From assembly GCF_000142905.1 (NCBI RefSeq), contig NW_013657648.1, positions 134,289 through 198,288 on the forward strand: DNA of 64,000 nt, read 5' to 3'. Every line of letters starts with the position of its first letter. Position 1 is the first letter of the stretch. The notes beneath the pieces are model-generated. The model was given only the letters and a program-made list of their open reading frames with translations. It had not been told where the DNA came from and searched no databases. The position numbers were made by a program, and so were the translations under genes. Positions 22,650-35,012 of the stretch are shown one piece after another. Source of the DNA: Thecamonas trahens ATCC 50062 (Eukaryota > Protista > Apusomonadida).

Positions 22650-23890
22650 TCACCGCTTGCGCTCCTTCTCCCAACGGAACACCGGGGCCTTGCCGTTCTT
22701 GGCCTTGCGGACCTTGCGCCGCTTGCCCTTGCCCTGCAGCTGCTTGTGGAGCTGCAGCGTGTTGTACACGGTCTCGAGCTCTTCGAGGCGCTGCATCCGC
22801 GCCGCGAGCTTGCGGTACGCCAAGTTCTTTTTCTGCAGCACCCGCGGCCGCTCGGCAGCCGCAATGACCCGGCCCAGGTTGACATCCTCCGTGAGGTCAC
22901 TCAGCCGCGGCCGGTTGAACTTGCGGCCGACCAGTTCGGGCGCGGTATCGTAGTACTTGGCCGGATCAAAGGTAGCCACCTCGTCCTCGGTATCCACAAA
23001 GATGATGTGCTTCTTGCGCTTAACACGCTGCCGCCGCTCGTAGTCCTCGTACGGGTCACGCCCGCCGGTTTCGCCAGCTTCGTCACCACCGGCATCGCCG
23101 AGGCCGAGCGGGTCCAGAAGGTCGTCAAGGTCAAAGTTGAGAAAGCCGTCGTTGTCGGTCACCGCTCCGGCCTTGGCTGCAGCCTCGGTCTCGGCCTCGG
23201 CCCCACGCTTCCGCTTCTTGCTGCTCTTCTTCTTTGACTCGCCGTTCTCGGCCGCCATCAGCGCCTCGAGGGCAGACTCGTCGAGCCCTTGCAGCCATTC
23301 GAGGTCGCCTTCGTCAAGGTCGTCCACGCCGCCACGCTCGTCGATGTCGTCAGGCAGCAGCTGTCGCGGATCATATCCGTCGTCCGACTCGTCGTCGTAC
23401 TCTTCGCCGGAGCTGCCGCCGCCGTTGACGCTCGCTGCCGTGACCTGCATCTCCTCCATGCCGTTCAGTTCCTCATCGTCGTACTCGTCGTCTCCGTCGT
23501 CACTCATCTCGGGCGAGACCGACCGCGATGCTGACCGCGACTTGACCTTCTTCTTGGCCTTGGACTTGCCCTTCTTGGACTTGTCCTTGGCCTTCTTGCC
23601 CTTGGCCTTGGCCTTGGCCTTGGCCTTGGCCTTCTTCGCCTTGGCCTTGGCCTTGGCCTTGGCCTTGGCCGCCTTGCGCTCGCCCTTGGCAGCTAGGGCC
23701 GCGAGCATCGACTTGCCCGATCCGCCCCGCTGCTTGCGCGCCGCCTTGTCGAGGGCAGCGCGGACGTGCTCGGGCATCTCCAGCGCGTCGTCGTCGTCGG
23801 CAACTGCTCCCGGCGCGACGATGCCGCGAGAGTAAGCCTTGCCAACCAGCTCTTCCTCCTCATCCAGCATTTGCAACTGCTCCTTGAGCT
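22650..23890 (-). CDS. UTP11: U3 snoRNP-associated protein UTP11, with large insertion; N-terminus in the gap
   Basis: KHIIFVD..FDPAKYYDTAPELVGRKFNRPR..YRKLAARMQR..PVFRWEKERKR is the characteristic Utp11 C-terminal half. Confidence 0.9.
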
Positions 23891-24735
23891 NNNNNNNNNN
23901 NNNNNNNNNNNNNNNNNNNNNNNNNNNNNNNNNNNNNNNNNNNNNNNNNNNNNNNNNNNNNNNNNNNNNNNNNNNNNNNNNNNNNNNNNNNNNNNNNNNN
24001 NNNNNNNNNNNNNNNNNNNNNNNNNNNNNNNNNNNNNNNNNNNNNNNNNNNNNNNNNNNNNNNNNNNNNNNNNNNNNNNNNNNNNNNNNNNNNNNNNNNN
24101 NNNNNNNNNNNNNNNNNNNNNNNNNNNNNNNNNNNNNNNNNNNNNNNNNNNNNNNNNNNNNNNNNNNNNNNNNNNNNNNNNNNNNNNNNNNNNNNNNNNN
24201 NNNNNNNNNNNNNNNNNNNNNNNNNNNNNNNNNNNNNNNNNNNNNNNNNNNNNNNNNNNNNNNNNNNNNNNNNNNNNNNNNNNNNNNNNNNNNNNNNNNN
24301 NNNNNNNNNNNNNNNNNNNNNNNNNNNNNNNNNNNNNNNNNNNNNNNNNNNNNNNNNNNNNNNNNNNNNNNNNNNNNNNNNNNNNNNNNNNNNNNNNNNN
24401 NNNNNNNNNNNNNNNNNNNNNNNNNNNNNNNNNNNNNNNNNNNNNNNNNNNNNNNNNNNNNNNNNNNNNNNNNNNNNNNNNNNNNNNNNNNNNNNNNNNN
24501 NNNNNNNNNNNNNNNNNNNNNNNNNNNNNNNNNNNNNNNNNNNNNNNNNNNNNNNNNNNNNNNNNNNNNNNNNNNNNNNNNNNNNNNNNNNNNNNNNNNN
24601 NNNNNNNNNNNNNNNNNNNNNNNNNNNNNNNNNNNNNNNNNNNNNNNNNNNNNNNNNNNNNNNNNNNNNNNNNNNNNNNNNNNNNNNNNNNNNNNNNNNN
24701 NNNNNNNNNNNNNNNNNNNNNNNNNNNNNNNNNNN
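23891..24735. other. Assembly gap
   Basis: N run. Confidence 1.
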
Positions 24736-25049
24736 GTACGACCGCCACTCGTCGCCCACCCCTTCCCTCCCCTCGCCCCCCCCCCCCCCTCCGCCCCACT
24801 CCCCTCTGCAAGCCCCAAGCCCCTTCCACTCATCATGCATGCTCCCAACATACACGTTGTGCGTAGACGTACGCTCGCGATTCGGAGGGCAACAGACACA
24901 TCCGCAATGATGTGCTATGACCGCACAACAAGCTGACTGGCCGACGACGACCTCGCTGTGGTGGTGGAGGGTACTCCACGCCACAGGCCGACCGGCCGAC
25001 CGGCCTACTCCACAAAAGGATCCGCAACGCAAATATGGGTTTACGATGC

Positions 25050-28000
25050 CTACGGCGCACTCGCGAGTGTAAACGTGATGAGCCGAAGAAGAAGCATGGC
25101 ATCCGAGGGCGCGGTAGAGATCGGGATGCGGGTCTCGAGGTTGGTCTTGACCTGGAGGAGGATAGACCGGATGTAGGGGCCGGTGAGCTCGTGGGTAGCA
25201 TCGAGAGCCTGAACAGCCATCGAGAGGAGAGTGAGCTTGAGCGCCTCACTCGCGCTGAGGTCAAACGCAAGCTGCTGGATGAGGGAGAGGAGGACCGGCT
25301 GGTCCAGCACCGTCTTGCCCTTGGCCGGGAAGACCGATGAAACCTCGACCAGAGAGCACAGTCCCATGACCACGTCGAGGTTCGACGCCGAGAGCGCAGC
25401 CGTGAACGCCGCGTTGACGTCGCCGCCGCTGAGGCCATCATGACGTCAGAGGGCAGCGCGACGGGCGCAGCGTGCGCCGCTGCCGAGGGCGTGGGCGCGG
25501 GCGCGGACACAGGCACGAGCGCGGACACGGGCGCGGGCGCTGCCGCTGCTGCCTCGGACATCTCCTTCCGGCCGCCCTTGCGGCGCCCGCCGTTGTTCTT
25601 ACCCGATGAGGACTTTCCCGTCGCCGCCCCACCCGAGTTGCGTGCAGCCGCCGAGAGTTTGGCCGAGTCTGCCGAGAGCCGCGCGGATGCGGCCTCGATC
25701 GAGCGCGACGACGCAAGCAGCGAGTCGGAAGCCGTGACGAGCCGATCGAGAGCCGCCGACTGCGCTGCACGGGTCTCCTCCACCGGCCCTGTCAGCGCCG
25801 CCTTGACGCCGGCTTGGAACGTGTCGTTGATCTGGAAGAACATGCGCTGACAGCCCTGCTCAAAGGCCGGGACCAAGCCGTGCTCAAAGGTGTTCTTAAA
25901 GGCGGCGGCCACGGGCTGGTGCAGCGCGCCCGAGACCTGCTGCGCAAAGGTGCCCGACCAGTTGGCGAGCAACTTCTGAGTGTAGCTCTCAACCGCCTGC
26001 GGAAGGCTGGTGCCAAGCTTGTGCGCCAGATCGGCAACCGCCGGCTGCACCACCTTGGCCTCCAGCGCGCCAAGGAGCGGCGCGAGCGCACCAGGCAGCT
26101 CCGCCCGCACCACCTGCGTCACCGTCGGCACCAGCATCTGCTGGGTCGCCGCCATCGACGCCTCCATTGCCCGCTGGAGCGCCGCCTCCATCATCGACGC
26201 CTGCGCTGCAAGCGCCTCGGTCTGCATCCGCTGCAGCATGGCAGCCTGCTTTGCCGCAAACGCCTCCATCGCCGCCTCCAACGACGCCTGCAGCCGCGCC
26301 TCGGCACCGGCTCCAAGCACCGCCGGCGCGCCAACGCTCGCCGCAGGCACAGCTGCAGGCACAGCTGCGGGCACAGCCGCGGGCACAGCCGCGGGTGCCA
26401 CCACAGGCACCGCAGCTTTGCGGGTGAGCGCCGGCGTGCCGAGCTGAACACGTGCCCGCTGGACCGCAGACGGCTGGACGCAGTACAAGTCGCGAGTCTT
26501 GGCGCCCGGCCCGCTGCCCGGCGCGAGCGAGACCGAGAAAATAGGCTGGCCGACGCCGTACTCGGCGTACCACCCGAGGAGACCGGTAGCCTCGTTAAAC
26601 TCAAAGACGCCGACAACAGGGAGCTCAGCCGAGGTCACAAAGACCCGCCCGTCCTCGGGCGCCGGCACCACCGAGAGGCCGGCGTCGGCAACGTCGAGCT
26701 CGGCATTGGCGAGCTCGATCTCCTGCGAAATCCCGATCTGTGAGTTGCGCGCCCGCACAAGCTGGATGAGCCCGCCGTGGTCGTACTCAATGGCAAGGTC
26801 CTTGTCCGAGAGCCAGAACAGCGAGGTGAGCGACCGCCCGTCGCCGCGCGCCGGCAGCGTCCGCATGATCTCCGCCGTATCTAGCCGCCACAGCCGGACC
26901 ACACCATCCGTCCCGGCCGTCGCCAGCGCCTTGATCGACGACTGGTACGCAGCGTCGAGGACGCCCACGCCCGGCCCGTGATTGAGCGTCACCTGGCCCG
27001 ACTCGAACGACGGCGCAGAGTAGCCGTTGGCCCCCGCGTACATGAGCGACGAGACAATGAGCTGCGAGCCCGAGCACACGCCCAGAACCGCCGTCTCGGG
27101 CGCAGGCGCAAAGCCGAGACCGCACGAGATGTCGCCGCCCGACGGATGTGACCACTTGTACACCACGCTCGACTCGACCTCGTCGCTCTCCTCGTTGAAC
27201 GCCAGTGAGTGGACCATGAGCAGGCCCCGCGCGCCAACCGTCACCAGCGTCGACACCTCGCCGGTCGCCGGGAGGAAGAACATGTGGTGGACTCGCGCGT
27301 GCCCGCGGAGCATGACACGCTCACCAGACTCACGGTGGACCGCCCGAACCGTGTTCTTGTCCACCGCGTACGCCACAAACTCGCTCGTCACCGCAATGAC
27401 CTGCCCGTGGCTCGACCGCCGCTGCGACGCGCAGATCGAAATGGGCGACTCGACAAGCCGCACCACCCCGGGGTTCTCGGCCTCGAGCCCAAAGTTGAGC
27501 ACGTTGCATCCGGCCGAGAGAACCGTGCCCTCGGTCACCGGCGCCCCGCCGCTCTGCACAGACACCGCCACCGGCGACATCAGACCGCCGTTCGACGACC
27601 CGCCGTCGTCAGACGCCGCACTCTCGGCCTCGCTGCTCTTGACCTTTCAGTCGGCGCAGAGAGGAACGACCGCACAGCCTCGGGCGTCGACGGCAACGCT
27701 TTGTTTCCCTGCTGCGCCGCAGCCACCGGCCCTCGCGCCAGATTCGACTTGATAATCGCGTCCAGCTCGCCTGCGCCTGCACTTGATCCCGCGCTCGCAC
27801 CTGCGCTCGCACTCGCGCTTGCGTCCGCCTGCGGCTTGTTGCCGCCAAGATTGGGGAAAAACTGCGAGAGATCCTCGTCGTCCTGGCTGGCCGCCAGTGC
27901 CGCCGCTGGCGCCGGCGCCGGCAGCACCATCTTGGTCGGCGCAACTGCCGCCGCCGCGCCTGCTGAAGCGCCTGCTGGCCCCGCAGTTGCCCCTGCTCCC

Positions 28001-28296
28001 GAGGCCGCCATCGCGCTCGCTGCCGAGCCGGTCGATCCGGTCGGGCTCGGCGCTGGTGCCACGCCCAGAATCGCCATCAGCGACGCCGACGCCGCGTCCG
28101 CCACACTCGGGGACGATGCAGCCGAGCTAGCGCTGGCCATCGAGCCAGCACCATTGCCAGTCGCCGCTCCCGCGCCACCGGCTTCACCCGCACCACCAGT
28201 AGGCGTTGAGGCCTTGGAGCTGTTGGGCGATGCGCCCGTCGGTGGAGTGCCGAGCATGGACATCAAAAAGGCCGTCGCAGCCTCAGCCTCTGCCAT
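25050..28296 (-). CDS. EDC4: Enhancer of mRNA decapping 4 (Ge-1/Varicose); frame breaks near 27646 and 25434
   Basis: WD40 start GQVIAVTSEFVAYAV..ERVMLRGH; FEHGLVPAFEQGCQRMFFQINDTFQAG; C-terminal NAAFTAALSASNLDVVMGLC..LDQPVLLSLIQQLAFDL. ATG in AACCATGG context. Confidence 0.9.
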
Positions 28297-28400
28297 GGTT
28301 GAGTAGTATGAGAAGTCGGAGGTCTGGAGCGGTAACCCGCGGGAATGCCACCGACACCGATACCGACAGAGACAGAGACAGGGCCCAGGCCGTCCACAAG

Positions 28401-28409
28401 CACACGCAC

Positions 28410-28468
<59 letters not shown>

Positions 28469-28660
28469 ACCACATCACATACCACATCGCATCACACAAC
28501 ACCATCACACCATACAAATACCTCATGTACATTCGTCCCTCCCGATCGGACCTTCTCTNNNNNNNNNNNNNNNNNNNNNNNNNNNNNNNNNNNNNNNNNN
28601 NNNNNNNNNNNNNNNNNNNNNNNNNNNNNNNNNNNNNNNNNNNNNNNNNNNNNNNNNNTA

Positions 28661-28721
<61 letters not shown>
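28401..28721. repeat. (CA)n microsatellites flanking a 100-N gap (28559-28658)
   Basis: Direct reading. Confidence 0.9.
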
Positions 28722-28725
<4 letters not shown>

Positions 28726-29185
28726 ACATGCCACCGCAGTAGAACGAGTGCACGTCCAGCCGAGCGTGAGTGTGCCGTCGCCCCAGAGCGTCTCCCTCTC
28801 CCTCTTCGCCCTCCTCCCTCTCTCCCCCCCCTCCCCCCACCCCCCCCCCTTCCCCCTCCCTCTCCTTTCTACCACCTACCTAAAGAACACACAACAAGTA
28901 CTCCGAAGCGGTGATACAAGTATATACACACTGGGAGAGGTGACCTTCAACCTCACACACCCCCTCCCCCTTTCACGCCCCCTTGCGCCCAGTCAATCCT
29001 CCTCTCCCCTCTACGTCCCAAACTCAGGTCGCTCTCCCGCCCGTCTCCCGCCACTCGTTCGCAGTGGCAGCACCCCTTCCTTGTCCCCTCCCCTCCCCCC
29101 CCCCCCCCCGCCCACCTCTCACTGGCAAATTGTCAGCAGAAGACGTAACCCTGCTCTCGTCACCGCCTCCAATTCTACTGCGGGC

Positions 29186-31940
29186 ATGACGTCGGTGCGG
29201 TTCACCCCACTGATTGGTGCGCATACAGACGACCCACTGTGCTACCTGTTAGAGGTACGTATACCCACTACTCCCTTCCCTCCACCCCACCCCCCTCTTT
29301 TGTATGCGGATGATTATTTTAAGGCCCTGAGCATTATCCCTCGGGGCGGGGACGGGGGGGAGAGGGAGTGGCGGGAGTGACTGCCATCTGGCCGTCGCTT
29401 CCTTCCCCTCCCTCCCCCCCTCCCCGCACTCCGGGGGCGACAACATGCGGACACCTATTGTTCCTTATGACACATACATACACTTCCACGCACACGCACA
29501 ACACACACATACACCCTCCGCTACTCTCACCACTCACTATCCCTCCCTCCCCCACACACTCCCCCTCACCTTCGCGCTGCTGGTGGCGACTATTTTTGGC
29601 TGCGAATATTTTCTTGCTGCTCGATGGGGGCGCCCTGTCGCCACGCCACGTCTTCTTCTGACGACCACAGATCGATGACACGTGCATCCTTCTCGACTGC
29701 GGATGGACGGATGCGTTTGACGTGGAGATGCTCGAGCCGCTGAGGCAGGTGCTCCCGCGGGTCAACTGCGTCCTCGTCTCACATGCCGACTCGGCACACC
29801 TTGGCGGCCTGCCCTACGTGGTCGGCAAGATGGGCCTCGACGTGCCGATCTACGCCACGCTCCCAGTGTACAACATGGGACTTCTCCACATGTATGATGT
29901 ATTCCTCGCCAAGGATGCGGTCTCGGACTTTGACATCTTTTCGCTCGACGACGTCGACACCGCCTTTGACCTCATGGTCAAGCTCAAGTACACCCAGCAC
30001 GTGACGCTGAGCCGGGGCAAGGCGTCGACGGCGCCGGGCCTCGAGTCGACCATCACCATCACGCCGTACGCAGCCGGGCGGACGCTCGGTGGAACGGTGT
30101 GGAAGATTACCAAAGACACCGAGGAGGTGGTGTACGCCGTCGACTACAACCACAAGAAGGAGCGTCACTTGGACGGCACGCTCCTGGAAACGCTGACCCG
30201 ACCGTCGCTGCTTATTTCCAACGCGCTCGGTTTTACCTCGGGCGTGGGCCGGAAGCGCAAGGCACGCGACAAGCTGCTCCTCTCCTCGATCACGTCGACG
30301 CTGCGCTCTGGTGGCAACGTTCTTCTGCCCATCGACTCGTCGCTGCGAGTCCTCGAGCTTGCGCTCCTGCTGTCGCAGTTTTGGCAGTCGCAGAAGCTTG
30401 CGCAGTACGGCCTTGTTCTCTACTCGCACTCGTCGTACTCGGTCGCCATGCAGGCCCGCTCGCAGCTCGAGTGGATGTCCGACACGTTGCAGCGGCTGTT
30501 TGACGAGTCGCGGTCGAACCCGATGGACCTCCGCTACCTGCACATTGCCCACTCGCCTGAGGACCTTGACGCCCTGCCGCGCCCGATGGTCATCCTTGCC
30601 TCGCACCCGTCGCTCGAGGCTGGGCCGGCCCGCGACCTGTTTGTGCAGATGGCGCCAAACCCAGCCAACCTGGTTGTCCTTACCCAACCGGCCCGGCGCG
30701 GCTCGCTCGCGGCCACGCTGGCGTCGCCGGCCGGCCCACCCGCCTCGGTCGCGCTTCGTCTCCACAAGCGCATTCCGCTGCAAGGCGAGGAGCTTGAGCG
30801 CGCCCTGCGCGTCCGCGAGCAAGAGCGCAGTGAGGCTGCCACAGCCGCTGCCGCCGCTGCCGCCGCCGCCCTCAACCCCGAAGACGAGCTCCTCGACACG
30901 CTCGAGACCATGGACATGGGCTCGGACGACGAGGGCGCCGGCGGCGCCGGCTCGCGCCTCGCCTCGTTCGACCTCATGGTCAACCGCGACGGGACGACCG
31001 GCGCTGGCGCCTCGGGCTCGTTCTTCAAGAAGACCCAGTCGTTTCCCATGTTCCCGTACAACGCTCCAAGGACACGGTTGTCGGCCCGTACGGCGCCATC
31101 GTCGACACCTCGATCTACGCCCGCGGCGAGTACATGGCCGACGCCAACGACGCGTCGGGTCATTCGTTCACCGGCGGCGCAAACTCGAAGCAGGCCGAGC
31201 CGGGCCAGACCGGTGCTGGAACCAACCCGGTCCACGGTTCGTCGATGGAGGCGCCAGTCGACGCCTCCATCTCGGGCATGGACCTCGAGGATCCTCTGGA
31301 GAACCGGACGCCGACCAAGTGCATCTCGTGGGACGCCGACGTCCAGATCCGTGCTTCGATCCTCTCGCTCGACTACTCGGGCCGCTCCGATGGACTCTCG
31401 ATGAAGAAGATTGTCGAGCACGTCGAGCCGCGGCGCCTCATTGTCGTCCACGGCAACGACGCTGAGACCGCAGCCATGGTCGAGTACTGCAAGGCGGCAG
31501 GCATCGCCAAGGAAGGCGTCATGGCTCCAGCCGTGGGCGAGTCGGTTGACCTCTCGTCGCAGTCGGCCTCGCACAAGATTGTGCTCCAGGACGCTATGAC
31601 CTCGCACCTCACCTACCAACAGGTCGACGACTACCAAGTCGCCTACTTTGACGCCGTCGTGGCGCAGCCCGACCCGCACGGCCTGCCCATCCTCGAGCCC
31701 AACCCCGACGCGCCTGGCCACGACCCCATCTTTGTGGGCGACGTCCAGCTCAACACCCTGCGCCAGATTCTCGCTGCTGCAGGCTACGCCGTCGAGTTTA
31801 CCGTCGACAAAGTGCTGGTGTGCAACGACAAGGTCGGCATCCGCAAGCTCGCCACCGGCGAGTTTGCTGTCGAAGGCGTCTTTTGCGACGAGTACTTTGA
31901 GATCCGCTCGCTCGTCTACGAGCAGTTCCGCCAGTTCTAA
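29186..31940 (+). CDS. CPSF2: Cleavage and polyadenylation specificity factor subunit 2 (CPSF100); exons 29186-29254 and 29671-31940; frame break near 31067
   Basis: MTSVRFTPL..PLCYLLE|IDDTCILLDCGW, HLGGLPYVVGK, YAVDYNHKKERHLDG, PMFP..YGAIV, PTKCIS, DYSGRSDGLS, EYFEIRSLVYEQF. Confidence 0.97.
29255..29670 (+). other. Spliceosomal intron (416 nt, phase 0)
   Basis: GTACGT donor; TTCTGAC branch-like motif just before CACAG; joins conserved CPSF2 residues. Confidence 0.92.
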
Positions 31941-32024
31941 CTGCGCCCGCGTACTCAACCAAGGCCTTTACGGTACAGAATGGCCTAAACGCTGCTGCTT
32001 CCAAACCATCCATCATCAAGCGCT

Positions 32025-32795
32025 TTACTCGGCCTTCTTGGCCTCGGCGTCGAGAATCGCCACCACTCGCCGCAGGATCTCGTCCGGGTGATGGAGCCGG
32101 TACGGCTTGGCGTCGAGCATCTCGGCGTGGTCGGCAACCCAAGTCTTGATGTAGTTGCGCTGGAAGACCGAGACAACGTGCGAGACAATGATCTCCAGCA
32201 TGTGGTACTCTTGGCCAGTCATCTTGACCTCGGCGAGGAACGGGAAGAGGGCGAGCTTGTCACCGTTCGACTTGAGCACGATGTCGTCGATAAAGACCAT
32301 GGCCCAGTCGAACTTGACCTCGTCCTCCAGCTTGCCGATCGAGTCCGGCACCGGCCCCTCGCGCTTGGCCAGCCACACATTCTTGGCAGCCTTCATCAGA
32401 AAGTTGAACGACGACGAGAGCGTGCCGGCCTTGACAAACTCATCAAACTGCTTGACCATGGCCTCGGTGAGGACAGGGACTCGCGAGCCCTTGAGCATCT
32501 CCAGCAAGTTGCCGCGCCCACCCGACACCTGCTCCGACTGCACCATCTCGTGCATCTCGTTCCACTCGGCCGCCGTCTCGCTAAACTGCTTCTTCACATA
32601 CGCCTCACCGCACCGATCCACCCATCCGGAGAACGACTCGAGCATGTGCTCCTCAAACCACTCCATATCGCCCGCCATCCGCTGCATGAACCGCCGCTCC
32701 ACTGCCCGCCGTCGTCCGCCCCGTCCGCCCCGACCACCACCACCACCACCACCCCCCCCCCACACACACACACCAGAACAGTCCGCCTGTGTGAG

Positions 32796-32831
<36 letters not shown>

Positions 32832-33029
32832 CCCCCTTCCCTCCCCCCTCCCCCCTCCCTTGCCCCTCCTTCGCCTTCTCCGCCACCTACCGTCCTGCGA
32901 AGCCGACGACCGCCGCCACCACACAACGACGGCCACAATGACAGCCACAATACCAGCGCACACACACGCAATCGGCACCTTGTTGGCCTCCAGCCACGGC
33001 TGAAGTAGCTCCCACGGAATGAACACCAT
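32025..33029 (-). CDS. Hypothetical single-pass membrane protein; exons 33029-32891 and 32701-32025
   Basis: MVFIPWELLQ..IACVCAGIVAVIVAVVVWW (TM) joins VERRFMQRM in phase 1 through a GTAGGT..GGGCAG intron. Confidence 0.7.
32702..32890 (-). other. Spliceosomal intron (189 nt, G- and (GT)n-rich)
   Basis: GTAGGT donor, ...gacggcgggcAG acceptor; frame restored. Confidence 0.7.
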
Positions 33030-33262
33030 CGCCTCTGCAGTTGTTCCAGGGAGAGAGGTGATGGTGGCGGCGACGGTAGTAGAGAGAGGAGGGAGGAGGT
33101 CGCCCGGTGGCAGGTACTGGGCTGGTGCGCTGCTGTGCCACAGCTCAGCCGCCACCCCCCCCCCCCCCCCGATCGCTACGCCGTTCATGCTTCATGCCCC
33201 AGGGAGGTGTTAATCCATGTACAATCACGCGTCTCGCACCACTCATGCGATCATGGGCGCAG

Positions 33263-34879
33263 CTAGTCGCTTTCGGATCCGTCCCTGGCCGCATCCTCAT
33301 CGTCGGGGGCCGGATCGGCGGCGAGCGAGACGGCGGCGCGCGAGATGCCAAAGGCGCATGCAGCAGAAAACAGGCCACAGACGGCGCCAACCCAGTACGG
33401 GAGGATGTGGTGATGGTGCCGGATTGCGTGCGGAAGAATCGCGGTGGCCGAGGTGTCGTACAGTGCCCCCACCGCGAGAGGCCCGATCGCCCGCGCCGCC
33501 GACACAAACGATCGCCGCACCCCAAGAACGGTCCCATTGGCGCCTTCGGAGAGGACTGAAGCCATGACTGCAAGCGATGGCACCACAAGTGCCTGTCCGA
33601 TGATGAGTAGGACAGTGAGGAGGGCAAAGGTGAGGAGCGTCGGCTGAAACGGGAGCGCGACCGAGACCGGGACTGAGAGGCACAGCAGCGCGCCCACAAC
33701 CAGCCGCCGCGGTCCACCCACGCCGCGCATGATGCGTGAAAAGAACCCAGCCTGCACAATGATGAGTACCACGCCCACAACCGTGAACAAAAGCCCCACG
33801 TGACCTGCTGAGATGTCAAACGTGGCGATGAGATACAGCGGCGTGGCGATCTCAAACGCCACAAACAGGCACGCGTACATGAACGACGAGATGCAGAGCA
33901 GAAGCACGGACCGGCTCCGCATGAGCTTGGCAAACAGCGCCGGAGTGATCCGCACTCGCCGTCCGGCCCCTGCTCTGCTCTTGCTGGCCACAGGGAGGAG
34001 CGGCTCACCTTCGGCGCCAGCCACCGCCGACGCGCTATTGATCGCCAGCGTCCGCTGCAGCGACGCCACCGAAGCCACCGAAGCCGCCGATCCGACCGCT
34101 TCGTCTGGCGGTTCGTTGAAGAGCCGGACCGAACCGAGTGCTGTCACAAACAGCATGCCTGACGAGCCCAAAGCCAGGTATCGGAACGCGGTCCGGACGC
34201 CCGCCAGCGATGCCACCAGGCCTCCCAAGCCGGGCCCGGCAATGAGCCCCAGCCCGACCATGGCTCCAAGCAGACCCATGTACTTGGATCGCACATCCTT
34301 GGCCGTCACGTCCGAGATGTACGCACCGCACACGCCGCCTGTTCCCGCCGAGAGCCCCGCCAGGAAGCGGGCGGCGAGCAAATGGATGACCGACGGGGCA
34401 AACGCCGTGTACACCATCAGTCCTGCCCCGCCCAACAGGCCGCATACCAGCACCGGCTTTCTCCCCATGCGATCCGACAACACCCCCAGCACTCCTGATC
34501 CCAGTAGCTGGCCAAACGAGTACGCACCCGTCACACCGCCGTACCACAGTCCGCGGTACTGATACGAGTATCCATCAAGCGTCTTGAGATAGAACGCTGT
34601 GATCCGGGCCATCGCCACGCCATCGCCACCATCACCACAACCACAGACCCAGCCACCACGTTAGTCCCCCTCTCATCAGACAAACACACGCCAGGCCGAA
34701 GCCATGTTCCAACACGGTCTGCTATCAATCACCTCTGCGAGTGACGTCACCGGCTCACGCCCCACCACGCACTGGCACGTACGTAGGATAGGCATGAGCA
34801 GTGCAAAGCCCAGCGCATCAAGAAACTGGACAGCATACACCACCGCCAACGAAGTGCGACCTACGCTCACACCGCGCAT
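33263..34879 (-). CDS. Major facilitator superfamily transporter (DHA1/TetA-like); exons 34879-34783 and 34596-33263
   Basis: FLDALGFALLMPIL|PFYL across the junction; motif A GVLSDRMGRKPV; ARFLAG; motif C GLIAGPGLGG. Confidence 0.9.
34597..34782 (-). other. Spliceosomal intron (186 nt, phase 1)
   Basis: GTACGT donor, ...cggatcacAG acceptor; restores the MFS TM1 motif PILPFY. Confidence 0.88.
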
Positions 34880-35012
34880 TACAAGTCTGTCACACCCGAC
34901 CTCGTCGTGTCGGCACCGAGTCGAGTTGTGGACGTGGCGGGCGGTGCCGCACGCCAGCCAACACTCGCACGCCCTCCCTCACTCGCACACCTAGCAACAT
35001 CTACTCTGTCAC

